Below are positions 9,066 through 18,261 of a stretch of DNA of 53,785 nucleotides, piece by piece. Below the pieces are notes generated by a model that saw only the letters and a program-made list of their open reading frames with translations, was not told the DNA's origin and did not search any database. The DNA is taken from IMG/VR virus record IMGVR_UViG_3300025646_005002, positions 1 through 53,785 of that record. One strand, 5' to 3'. The DNA comes from a virus (Duplodnaviria; Caudoviricetes). How positions within the stretch are numbered: the stretch's first letter is position 1; the number at the start of each line of letters is the position of its first letter. Made by a program: the position numbers and the translations under genes.

Positions 9066-10094
9066 ATGATCAAAATTGATCCAGTAGAGTTTGATAACTT
9101 TACAATGTCGCATCTAAGTGACGACGAAAACGGATTTAGTGGTGTAATAGCAATTTCAAATAAACAAACAATGTATCTTCCTTTAGTTGAAATTAAGTTT
9201 GAGTCATATAATTCATCAAATCAACAGATAGATGTAACTAAAAAATATGCACAAACAATTTTAACAAAGTATGCATACAACGATATAAAAAACAAAGCAG
9301 GAATCATCACTATAAATGTAGATAATGATACTAGTTTTGTTAAAGTTGCTCAAATTTTAAGTAATTATTTAAACACACAATACAAAGATCAAATTCTAGT
9401 TTATACAACAAACGTAGATAAAGATTTTTATTACCATTTTGAAAGTGTTTGTTCTCAATTGGTAAAAGTTGATCAAGATGCATACATAAAAGCCCAGGCA
9501 AAAGGTGCTTTTTATTCTGCAAGGGCAGTTCAACAGTATATGAACAGTAATAAATCTTTCCAACACAAGCACGTTATTGTAAAAGGTCTTAACAATCAAG
9601 GAAAAGAAATTGCAAAAATATTTGATAAAAATAATGCTAATCTAACTGTGTGTGATACAAATAAAGATAATATAAATGATTTGTATGCAGATGCATGGTT
9701 TGGAACTTGTTCTATAGATGAAGCAACAACTATTATGAGCGACTTGCTTGTGATCTGTGATGGTAGAGAAACATTAGATAAAAATTCAACAATGAATATA
9801 AATGCACTTGCAGTAATAGGAGTTGCTGATTGTCAATTGGCAAGTAATAAAGCAGGATATAACATGCATGGTAAACGAGTATTATACGTTCCTGATTATG
9901 TTGCTAGTGCTGGCGGAGTTATTATGATTGCTAAACAATTAGAAGATAGTAAAAAGTCTTTAGAAAAAGAACTTGATAAAATTTTTACTAGAACATTGTC
10001 TTTGTTGAATCATAGTAACAAATTAAGAAAGCCACCATTTGTGGTTGCTGAGCAACAATTACAAGAAAAACAAAAAACTAAACAAACAGCATAA
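9066..10094 (+). CDS. Degenerate Glu/Leu/Phe/Val dehydrogenase family protein
   Basis: Collinear with leucine dehydrogenase (DDENGFSGVIAI; YVPDYVASAGGVI), but catalytic and NAD-binding motifs are altered. Confidence 0.75.
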   Translation: MIKIDPVEFDNFTMSHLSDDENGFSGVIAISNKQTMYLPLVEIKFESYNSSNQQIDVTKKYAQTILTKYAYNDIKNKAGIITINVDNDTSFVKVAQILSNYLNTQYKDQILVYTTNVDKDFYYHFESVCSQLVKVDQDAYIKAQAKGAFYSARAVQQYMNSNKSFQHKHVIVKGLNNQGKEIAKIFDKNNANLTVCDTNKDNINDLYADAWFGTCSIDEATTIMSDLLVICDGRETLDKNSTMNINALAVIGVADCQLASNKAGYNMHGKRVLYVPDYVASAGGVIMIAKQLEDSKKSLEKELDKIFTRTLSLLNHSNKLRKPPFVVAEQQLQEKQKTKQTA

Positions 10095-10771
10095 TGAATC
10101 TAAAAATATTAAACACCTTAGAAAAAATATTAAAAACATCTCCTCAAGTTTTACGCGATGAATTAAAGTTGCGTAATGTAATTAGAGCAACTTTTAATGT
10201 TGATGTAGATAACGTTAGTTTTAATTCAATTGGTGATTTAGTAGACAAAATAGATGATGCAGTTTTAAGAAGATATTTTGGTGAAGTATGGCAACCAAGA
10301 ACAAAAAAATTTAAGTATAGTGGTTTAAAACTAATTGATGAAATTAACAGTCTTAAACCAAACTCAGTTTTAGATCTTGGTTGTGGTTACAATGAATTTA
10401 AAGAAAAAATAGATAATTTAATAGGAGTAGACCCTTATAATTCAAATGCAGATATACAGCAAGGAATATTAGATTATAAACCTAACAAAAAGTTTGATGT
10501 AATTATTGTATTGGGTTCTATTAATTTTGGTTCAACAGATAAAATATTTGCTGAATTAGAACATGCTGTAGATTTATGTGCTTCAAAAGGAACTATGTTT
10601 TTTAGAGTTAATCCTGGTTTACCACATGAAGCGCCAGAATCAGAATGGATTGAATTCTATCCATGGGATGCAAATTTTATTCAAAATTGTGCAGATCACT
10701 TTGGTGTAACAGTTTTAGAATTAAGAAATGATTCTCAAAATAGAATGTATTTTGTATGGCGTAAGCCATAA
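10094..10771 (+). CDS. Class I SAM-dependent methyltransferase
   Basis: VLDLGCGYN, IGVDPY, FDVIIVLGSINF. Confidence 0.8.
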   Translation: MNLKILNTLEKILKTSPQVLRDELKLRNVIRATFNVDVDNVSFNSIGDLVDKIDDAVLRRYFGEVWQPRTKKFKYSGLKLIDEINSLKPNSVLDLGCGYNEFKEKIDNLIGVDPYNSNADIQQGILDYKPNKKFDVIIVLGSINFGSTDKIFAELEHAVDLCASKGTMFFRVNPGLPHEAPESEWIEFYPWDANFIQNCADHFGVTVLELRNDSQNRMYFVWRKP

Positions 10772-10773
10772 TT

Positions 10774-10848
10774 GATAAATACTTTTGTTAATAACGCCTG
10801 TCGTCCAGAGTTCATTAACAATCCAATAAAACTAAAAAGGAGGATTGT
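10774..10848 (+). promoter_or_regulatory. Late-like promoter plus structured leader of tctA (riboswitch-like)
   Basis: GATAAATA(10774-10781); stem TTGTTAAT/ATTAACAA competes with ACAATCC/GGATTGT, which covers the RBS. Confidence 0.5.
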
Positions 10849-12288
10849 ATGAACGAAATCATATCATTATTAAGTGGAACACTATACGGACTAATCATAG
10901 GATTAATACCCAGTGCAGGAGCAACAACAGGTTTAGTTGCCCTGTTTGGGTTTATCAGTTATTTTGGGTTTGATCCTTATCTAGGTGTAATATTTTGTAT
11001 GGCAGTTGTAGCCGCTAGTACTACAGGCGATACATATTCTGGAATATTACTAGGCATACCTGGTGCTAACAGTGCCGCGGCAACAATGGTAGATGGATAC
11101 CCACTAGCCAAACAAGGCAAAGCCACATACGCATTAACTTCAGCAATTACTACATCAACTGTTAATGGATTACTTTGGGGAACATTAACATTTGCATTGT
11201 TGCCATGGTATGTAAAACTTATTATGTATTTTGGTATTCCAGAACTTTGGGCATTTATAATGTTAAGTTTAGCCTGCGTAGGTTTTGTTAGTAACAAGTA
11301 TTGGGTTAGAAGTTTAGTTGCTATTGCTATTGGACTTATAATTGGACTTATTGGTGTTGATCCTGCAACTAATGTTGACAGATATACTTTAGGTTGGAAA
11401 TATTTGGCTGACGGTGTACAACTTATGCCATTTGTTGCTGGGTTATTTGCATTTCCTGAAATATTAGATGGGTGGGTAAAAGGAAAGTCAGTTGCAGTAA
11501 TTGGTAAAGAGAATCATGCTAAACAAACTTGGGACGGTATAAAAGAAGTTTGGCGTTGTAAGTGGGACGCATTAAGAGGCGGTGCCATTGGAGCATTTGT
11601 AGGATTTTTACCTGGTATTGGCGGTGCCATGGGAGACTGGATGGCATATGGATCAACAATAGCGACGCACCCTAATGAAGAATTTGGAAAAGGAAATATT
11701 AGAGGAGTAATTGGCCCAGAAGGTGCCAATAATGCCCAAAAGGCTACATCGATGATTCCTACAGTATTGTTTGGAATACCTGGTGCTAGTTTTGCCGCAG
11801 TATTAATGGCTTTGTTTATGTATTTAGGTTTTGAATTAGGCACTCCTGATTTAGCATATGATACACGTTTTTTTGATAGTTTAACTTTTGGCTTTATGTG
11901 GGCAACAGTTATTGTAGGATTAATATGTGTAGCATTTAATAAGTATGTTGCAAAAATAACTTATGTACCTTACATATATTATTTTCCATTATTAGTAATT
12001 TTTATTGTTTGGGCCTGTGTTCAATATACAGGCGGAATTGAAGATTATATAATTTTAATACTATGTACTATTTTAGGTGTACTTGCTAAAAAATTTAAGT
12101 TTAGTAGACCGGCGATGTTAATGGCTTTTATTTTAGCAGATAAAGTTGAAGCATTAACTATACAAATAACATCTTTATACACTATAGAAACTTTATTACA
12201 AAGACCTTTGTTTATAGGATTAATAGTTGCTATTATTTGTTTATTTAGTTATGGACTTTTTAGAAAGAATAAATTGGAGTATGCGTAA
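10849..12288 (+). CDS. tctA: Tripartite tricarboxylate transporter large permease TctA
   Basis: Polytopic membrane protein; ILLGIPG...ATMVDGYPLAKQG, GFLPGIGG, GPEGANNA, IPTVLFGIPG. Confidence 0.88.
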   Translation: MNEIISLLSGTLYGLIIGLIPSAGATTGLVALFGFISYFGFDPYLGVIFCMAVVAASTTGDTYSGILLGIPGANSAAATMVDGYPLAKQGKATYALTSAITTSTVNGLLWGTLTFALLPWYVKLIMYFGIPELWAFIMLSLACVGFVSNKYWVRSLVAIAIGLIIGLIGVDPATNVDRYTLGWKYLADGVQLMPFVAGLFAFPEILDGWVKGKSVAVIGKENHAKQTWDGIKEVWRCKWDALRGGAIGAFVGFLPGIGGAMGDWMAYGSTIATHPNEEFGKGNIRGVIGPEGANNAQKATSMIPTVLFGIPGASFAAVLMALFMYLGFELGTPDLAYDTRFFDSLTFGFMWATVIVGLICVAFNKYVAKITYVPYIYYFPLLVIFIVWACVQYTGGIEDYIILILCTILGVLAKKFKFSRPAMLMAFILADKVEALTIQITSLYTIETLLQRPLFIGLIVAIICLFSYGLFRKNKLEYA

Positions 12289-12992
12289 TGAATGAGGAAT
12301 ATTGGGGCAAAAGTCGTTGGGAATTTACTAAAAAACAAAGTAAGTGGCATTTTAATCCAGCAAAAGAAACGGTGGATTACAAACAAGTTTGTACATTTCA
12401 AGGTGACTGGGTAAATGAGATACAAGAGTGTTTAGGTAAAACAAAGCCTAATACTTGGGCAAACAGAAATATAGATTTAAAAGAAAAAGTCTACACTTCT
12501 ACATTAGAAGAAAATGACTTAATTAATGCAGGAGCAAATCCTGAAATGGAGATTTTTAGTCGTGTAAACGCAAAAGATATTCCAGTGTTTAAACGTATTG
12601 GAGAGTATTTTGGCATGAAAGAAACAAGTATTAAGTTTCATAACCAAACTACTGGACAAATGTTAAACTGGCATATTGATAATTTTGCAGGACGAAAAGA
12701 ACGCGGTAATACATTTACTGAAATTGAAGCAGATAAAAATCCTAATCTTATGAGAAGGTTTGCTATTATGTTAGATGATTGGAAACATGGACAAGTGTTT
12801 CAATTAGGTAATAGTAATTGGCATCAATGGAAAAAAGGACAATGTATTACTTGGGAATGGCGAGATATTCCCCACGGTACTTGTAATATGGGTTGGGAAG
12901 ATAGACCAATGTTACAGGTTACAGGTTGGACAACTGATGAAACTAAACAAGTTGTTGAACTTGGTGATTTTAATAAAACGATTAACGTATAG
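12288..12992 (+). CDS. Putative Fe(II)/2-oxoglutarate oxygenase (cupin fold)
   Basis: HxD motif (WHIDNF), distal His (IPHGTCN), and a terminal R-x-x-L-Q-V-T-G strand. Confidence 0.6.
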   Translation: MNEEYWGKSRWEFTKKQSKWHFNPAKETVDYKQVCTFQGDWVNEIQECLGKTKPNTWANRNIDLKEKVYTSTLEENDLINAGANPEMEIFSRVNAKDIPVFKRIGEYFGMKETSIKFHNQTTGQMLNWHIDNFAGRKERGNTFTEIEADKNPNLMRRFAIMLDDWKHGQVFQLGNSNWHQWKKGQCITWEWRDIPHGTCNMGWEDRPMLQVTGWTTDETKQVVELGDFNKTINV

Positions 12993-13005
12993 AGGAGAAA
13001 CATAA

Positions 13006-14061
13006 ATGAAAAAACTAATCGGAAAACTTTTAGCGACTATGATTCTTACGTTTGGTATAACTACTTCAGCAATGGCAGATTACACTTTTGTAATTCCACA
13101 AAAGCCAGGCGGTGGTACTAGCGTATGGGCAGAAATTGTTGCAAAACAACTAGAACCTTTTTTAGGTGAAAAAATTAAATTACAACATTACCCAGGAGCA
13201 AGAGATATTCCTGGTTTTAATAAATGGCACAATGAGTTACGCAGTGATGACAAAGTAGTTATGGTATCACATGGTGGTAATGGTGTGTCATTCTTACAAG
13301 AAGAAGTTGATTACAATTATGCTGATTATGACTCAATTGGTGCAATGAATTTAAACATCATTGCAGGTAAACTAAAAGGTGCAGACATGAACAAGCCAAG
13401 TTTTGCGGCAGGATCAGGTATGGTACCAGAAGCCTTTGCAATGACAATGTTAATATGCGGACCAGACAAAAGTGTAGATGAATATATTGGTTGTTTTAAA
13501 GAAAATGTAACTTGGGTCAACGGTATGAGTGGCGGTGAAAGACGTTTAGCATTTAAGCGAGGCGAACTTAACGGTACAAGAGAAAATCCAGCGGCTTATA
13601 AGAAACACGTTGAATCAAATCCAGATGCAGAACTTTGGTTCCATCATGGTATTTTACAAGCAGACGGAAGTCATGCTGATGATCCAAACTATCCAGGTTA
13701 TCAGTTTGAAATTTTATTTGAGCAACGTTGGGGTGTAGCACCAAGCGGTGATTTTTATAATTCATATAAACTTGTAAAATCATTTAGAGATGGTTTACAA
13801 AAAGCATTGTGGGTAAACAAAGGTAACCCTAACACTGATAAATTAATCAAAGCCCTTACTGAAATGAGTCAAGATGCTAAAGCAATGAGTATTATTCATA
13901 AAGAAGTAGGTAACTATGATTGGATAATTGGTGATAACGGTAATGCACATAGAGATAATCTAATGACATTTATTACCAGTGATGCATTACAAAATCTAGT
14001 TAAATTTAATACAGAAGCACTAGGTTTAAGCAGTGTATATAAAAGTAAGTTAGTAAAATAA
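13006..14061 (+). CDS. TctC/Bug-type periplasmic substrate-binding protein
   Basis: Signal peptide; TFVIPQKPGGGTS...AKQLEPFLGE...HYPGA matches the TctC N-terminal motif; close to tctA. Confidence 0.75.
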   Translation: MKKLIGKLLATMILTFGITTSAMADYTFVIPQKPGGGTSVWAEIVAKQLEPFLGEKIKLQHYPGARDIPGFNKWHNELRSDDKVVMVSHGGNGVSFLQEEVDYNYADYDSIGAMNLNIIAGKLKGADMNKPSFAAGSGMVPEAFAMTMLICGPDKSVDEYIGCFKENVTWVNGMSGGERRLAFKRGELNGTRENPAAYKKHVESNPDAELWFHHGILQADGSHADDPNYPGYQFEILFEQRWGVAPSGDFYNSYKLVKSFRDGLQKALWVNKGNPNTDKLIKALTEMSQDAKAMSIIHKEVGNYDWIIGDNGNAHRDNLMTFITSDALQNLVKFNTEALGLSSVYKSKLVK

Positions 14062-14672
14062 TGATAGAGTATACTTTTTTAGTTGGTGCACCTGGTAGTA
14101 GATGGAGCGGAATTGGACAAACAATTGCCGATAACTTCAACTACAATACCAGTGATGAAAATCAAACAAGAGTCTATACACATGGAGATTTTAGCGGGCA
14201 TAAAGGTGCTTATTGGGGTCCAGGTATGGAATTAGGAAATGATTTTCATTGTGCATCAACTTTAGAAGTAAAAGACTTTTTAGATGAATGTGATCGTGCT
14301 TTTATAGATAATAAAAAACCAATGATGATAAAATGTCATCAGTTTGCTCATAGTCTAGATTGGCTACATCAAATACCAAATTCAAATATTCTTCTTGTGC
14401 GTAGAACCAATCAAAAGTGTTTCGAATGGTGGAAACAAGCAGGTGGCTGGAATATAACATATCCAAAATACGATTGGTATAAAGATGATGCTACTATGCA
14501 AAAGCAGATTGAATTGGAAAATACCAATGCTGATACGTTTGTAAAAAAACACAGCAAATGGTATGATTATAATGAAAGTTGGATTACAGAAAATTTTGGC
14601 CAACACAACATTACTATAGATTCTAAATTTGCAGATATACAAATTAGTCTAATAAACTCAAAAGGTTTTTAA
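14061..14672 (+). CDS. Sulfotransferase-like/P-loop-like protein
   Basis: N-terminal FLVGAPGSRWSG, later IKCH and ILLVRR strands, as in the sulfotransferase fold. Confidence 0.4.
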   Translation: MIEYTFLVGAPGSRWSGIGQTIADNFNYNTSDENQTRVYTHGDFSGHKGAYWGPGMELGNDFHCASTLEVKDFLDECDRAFIDNKKPMMIKCHQFAHSLDWLHQIPNSNILLVRRTNQKCFEWWKQAGGWNITYPKYDWYKDDATMQKQIELENTNADTFVKKHSKWYDYNESWITENFGQHNITIDSKFADIQISLINSKGF

Positions 14673-14695
14673 AGAAAAAAAGACTAATTTTTTAC

Positions 14696-14723
14696 TTGAC
14701 AAATTGTCAATTGGTGCTATATT
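14696..14723 (+). promoter_or_regulatory. Sigma70-type promoter with palindromic -35
   Basis: TTGACA-N16-TATATT with extended TG; TTGACAAATTGTCAA palindrome; ATG 6 nt after the -10. Confidence 0.7.
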
Positions 14724-14729
14724 AATACT

Positions 14730-15122
14730 ATGACTATGCATCTTGTAGGACCAGCTCTTAGTATGAATTCCACTAAGAAACGCAAAACCAAAGGATTAAC
14801 TGCTAGAGACAGACAAGCTCAAGCAGATTATGACAAGTATCTTAAATCACTGGGTGTAGAACCTAAAAAACGAAACATCAAAGAGAATTTTCGTGCATTT
14901 GCAGATACTAGTACTTTTAATAATCCAAGGACGCCTTCTAGATCTTGGAAAAAAGTCAAAACCAAAGTTCCATATATGGGCAATGGTAAGCAGATTAGTT
15001 GGAAAGAAAAACAAGAACGTCTTGCAGTGAGTAGTCAATATTCAATTGCACCAGCATACAACAAAGGTCCTTACATGGTGGTAGCAAGAGAAGATCTAAA
15101 GACAGCAGGTAAAAAAGTATGA
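14730..15122 (+). CDS. Basic hypothetical phage protein
   Basis: ORF behind its own promoter; ends IAPAYNKGPYMVV. Confidence 0.7.
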   Translation: MTMHLVGPALSMNSTKKRKTKGLTARDRQAQADYDKYLKSLGVEPKKRNIKENFRAFADTSTFNNPRTPSRSWKKVKTKVPYMGNGKQISWKEKQERLAVSSQYSIAPAYNKGPYMVVAREDLKTAGKKV

Positions 15123-15469
15123 TACATCCACGAGCAGTAATGTTTATAATGTTGTTGTGGATATCTGCACTACTACTATTGGGTGGTTGTGCGGCCCCTG
15201 GTTTTTTAGCAGGCAGTAGTGCAACAGCCACAGCAACCACGGCTTCAACTACCTATCAAACTTTTAAAACTGTTACAATTATAAAAGCAGGAGTTGATAC
15301 AGCACTGGCAATTGAAGGAAAGAAAACCACAACTGATCATGTTGTTTCGTCACTCACAGGCAAAGACTGTAAAGCCATGAGAATCATTGAAGAAGAAACT
15401 CTTGAACTGTATTGTGTAGAAACAAGACCAGACTTTTTAACAGACATGAAACAACCAAAAGGAGAATAA
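15119..15469 (+). CDS. Predicted lipoprotein
   Basis: Hydrophobic N-terminus with lipobox LGGC; ATGA overlap. Confidence 0.7.
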   Translation: MIHPRAVMFIMLLWISALLLLGGCAAPGFLAGSSATATATTASTTYQTFKTVTIIKAGVDTALAIEGKKTTTDHVVSSLTGKDCKAMRIIEEETLELYCVETRPDFLTDMKQPKGE

Positions 15470-15808
15470 ATGCCTAGAACTAAGAAAAACAAAAGCAATC
15501 CATTAGGATTATATACATCAAACGAAACAGGAATTTCTCAAGAGCTAAAGAATGAAACCACACTTGGATTAGATTTTCAATGGTGGTGGAACATGCGTAA
15601 GTATAAGAAAAAAGATATTCCTGCTAAACAATTTAGTGATGTAAAAATCCTAGATCGTAATGCAGGTAATCATGGATGGCCTGGACCTGAAAAAACTGTG
15701 AAGTATTGGGTTGAACTTGAAAATGGTTGGGCAGTTGGTATGCATGAAGTTAAAAAAGGCAAAGCAGAGTTTCCAATGTATGAAATGCCCAAGGAGAATA
15801 TTGCGTGA
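15470..15808 (+). CDS. Hypothetical protein
   Basis: AGGAG RBS; in operon. Confidence 0.7.
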   Translation: MPRTKKNKSNPLGLYTSNETGISQELKNETTLGLDFQWWWNMRKYKKKDIPAKQFSDVKILDRNAGNHGWPGPEKTVKYWVELENGWAVGMHEVKKGKAEFPMYEMPKENIA

Positions 15809-16032
15809 TTAATGTAGTAGAACAAATTGCAAGAATGAATCAAGTTGAACGAATTATGTTTATTCGTGATCTTGTAACCAAATGGCCGCATCTTGCCAAC
15901 GAAATTAAAGATGCAATACAGATAGAAATATTTGAACAACGAGAACAAAAAGAAAAACAAGAACTAGAAGAATACTCAAAAATGCACAGTGATGAGCCAT
16001 TAGTTCTTACCAAAGACATGGAGGTCAAATGA
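15805..16032 (+). CDS. Hypothetical protein
   Basis: GTGA overlap, AAGGAG RBS. Confidence 0.65.
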   Translation: MINVVEQIARMNQVERIMFIRDLVTKWPHLANEIKDAIQIEIFEQREQKEKQELEEYSKMHSDEPLVLTKDMEVK

Positions 16033-17525
16033 TAAACATAGATTTTTTAAATGACATAGAATCTAGTGGCGAAAGTACTTGCGAAGTACATTTAATTTAT
16101 AAAACAGGTGATGATATTGCACTATCACAATCAGCATCTATACTAGATGAAGGTACAGATGGATTGTTAAGTGAAACGTTTGAAAGAAACAGATTCAAAG
16201 GTAAATTTTTAGATAGTTTTTTTATTACATCTAATAACTTACCTTGTCACGATGCACTTTTTATATGTGTAGGAGATCCTGCTAAACTAACAGATGTAAA
16301 ACTAGAAAAAGTAGGTGGTGCAGTTTACAGTAAATTAACTGAACGAGGCACACAAGGTCGTGTGTTGTTATTTGTTGACAAAGAAATAAAATCTTCACCA
16401 ACTAATATTGCATTTGGTATGAGATTGAAAGATTACAAGTTTGATAGATACTTTACCAAAAAGGACAAAGAAGAAACATTATTTAATGTTGACATCTGTC
16501 AAGAAGATGCAGATCTAACAGTGGTAGAAGCAGATTACAAACAAAAAAATGCCATGGTAGAAGGTATTGAATTTGCTAAAAATTTAATTTCAGAACCATC
16601 TAATGTATTGTATCCTGAGTCATATGCTAATCGTGTTAAGATGCTGGAAGCCATAGGCCTTACAGTGAAAATATATGGTGAAAAAGAACTAGAAAAAATG
16701 GGTGCTGGAGCACTGTTGGCAGTGGGTCAAGGTAGTGCTAGAGAATCTAAAATGGTTGTAATGGAGTGGATGAAAGGCAAAAAGAAAGATGCACCAATGG
16801 CATTTGTTGGCAAAGGTGTATGTTTTGACACAGGCGGATATTCTATCAAACCATCTAAAGGTTTAAAAGACATGAAGTATGACATGGGCGGTTCAGCAGT
16901 GGTAGTTGGTACAATGATCAGTATTGCAAGACGTAATTTACCTGTAAATGCAGTTGGTGTTATTGGACTTGTAGAAAATATGGTGTCTAGTACAGCATAT
17001 AAACCTGGTGATGTAATCACTTCTATGAGTGGGCAAACCATTGAAATTGACAACACAGATGCTGAAGGTAGAGTTGTACTAGCAGACTGTTTATGGTACA
17101 CACAAAAAACCTATAAGCCAAAAACAATGATCAATCTAGCCACCCTAACAGGTGCAATTTCAATTGCACTTGGTGATCAACTGGCTGGTATATTTTCAAA
17201 TAACGATGCAATGAGCAAACAGTTGATTGAAGCAGGACACGAAGTAGATGAAAAAGTATGGCGTTTACCTTGCGATCCCATAGGTGAAAGATATGACACT
17301 TATGTGGATTCAACTATTGCTGACATGCACAATGTGGGCAAAGGTGGTGAAGCAAGTTCAACCACAGCGGCACAATTTTTACAGAGATTTGTAAATGATG
17401 TACCATGGACACACATTGACATAGCAGGTGTTACTTGGAACGACAAAGGTTCTATGACAGCAAAAGGCGGTGCTACCGGTTGGGGTGTTAAACTGTTAAA
17501 CAAATGGATTGATTTGAATGGCTGA
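16029..17525 (+). CDS. pepA: Leucyl aminopeptidase (M17)
   Basis: VGKGVCFDTGG, MKYDMGG, NTDAEGR, ATLTGA, HIDIAG. Confidence 0.95.
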   Translation: MINIDFLNDIESSGESTCEVHLIYKTGDDIALSQSASILDEGTDGLLSETFERNRFKGKFLDSFFITSNNLPCHDALFICVGDPAKLTDVKLEKVGGAVYSKLTERGTQGRVLLFVDKEIKSSPTNIAFGMRLKDYKFDRYFTKKDKEETLFNVDICQEDADLTVVEADYKQKNAMVEGIEFAKNLISEPSNVLYPESYANRVKMLEAIGLTVKIYGEKELEKMGAGALLAVGQGSARESKMVVMEWMKGKKKDAPMAFVGKGVCFDTGGYSIKPSKGLKDMKYDMGGSAVVVGTMISIARRNLPVNAVGVIGLVENMVSSTAYKPGDVITSMSGQTIEIDNTDAEGRVVLADCLWYTQKTYKPKTMINLATLTGAISIALGDQLAGIFSNNDAMSKQLIEAGHEVDEKVWRLPCDPIGERYDTYVDSTIADMHNVGKGGEASSTTAAQFLQRFVNDVPWTHIDIAGVTWNDKGSMTAKGGATGWGVKLLNKWIDLNG

Positions 17526-17772
17526 TGTGCCTAGTGATACAGAACCAAGTTCATACCATCATGATTTGCACCTTCAAACTATAAAGCAGGTGCATAGGCT
17601 TGAGCAAGAACTAGCATCTTTAAAACGTAAAATGTTCAAAGCAGAACAACGTGCTAAACACGAACAGTATATGCGTAGGAGATATCCAGCAGTTGAAGAG
17701 TCATACAAGCAGTATCTTATGATGATGAAATTGGTTAAAAACAACAAGGATAACAGCCAAAATAATAAATAA
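17518..17772 (+). CDS. Hypothetical coiled-coil protein
   Basis: ORF overlapping the pepA end. Confidence 0.6.
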   Translation: MADVPSDTEPSSYHHDLHLQTIKQVHRLEQELASLKRKMFKAEQRAKHEQYMRRRYPAVEESYKQYLMMMKLVKNNKDNSQNNK

Positions 17773-17805
17773 CTGGATAAATACATTTGAAGGTTATTAA
17801 TTATC

Positions 17806-18012
17806 ATGCATGAACAAGAAAATAAATTTATACAAAAATTGATTGACACAAAAGCCCAACTTACTATTTTTTTAATTAATGGTATTAAGTTAGGCGGTGT
17901 TATAACTGCAATGGATGAGAGCACATTGTATTTGCAACGTGAACAACACACGCAATTGGTATACAAAAATGCAATATCTACAATTATGCCAATTGATCCT
18001 ATTTCATTATAA
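17806..18012 (+). CDS. hfq: Hfq-like Sm protein (divergent)
   Basis: Sm1 TIFLINGIKLGGVI and Sm2 QLVYKNAISTIMP; GATAAATA upstream. Confidence 0.9.
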   Translation: MHEQENKFIQKLIDTKAQLTIFLINGIKLGGVITAMDESTLYLQREQHTQLVYKNAISTIMPIDPISL

Positions 18013-18022
18013 TAAGTTTTAA

Positions 18023-18194
18023 TATAAATATATATATCTATTTGTTAAATTTTAATAAAGGGTCTTTATTAATAACAAATATTTAGGTGTAACTTAACCT
18101 GCTGATAATATAATTATCAGAGATAAGATATAAACGGAACCCCTGTTTGAAGGGACAAATAAGTTGCTAATATTTGGCCAAAAGATCAGGGGTT
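18023..18194 (+). ncRNA. Candidate structured non-coding RNA
   Basis: TATAAATA followed by four consecutive inverted repeats in a 250-nt gap without an ORF. Confidence 0.45.
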
Positions 18195-18208
18195 TAGTGA
18201 AATTGTGC

Positions 18209-18237
18209 TTGACTTTAAAGTAAAAAAATAATAAAAT
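18209..18237 (+). promoter_or_regulatory. Sigma70-type promoter
   Basis: TTGACT-N17-TAAAAT. Confidence 0.65.
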
Positions 18238-18261
18238 AATGCTATTAAGGAGAACTTATAT

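Noticed and set aside
10805-10836. preQ1-I riboswitch in the tctA leader (GTTC...ATAAAACTAA resembles its tail)
   Set aside because: The required P1 stem flanking the loop cannot form; kept only as an unclassified structured leader.
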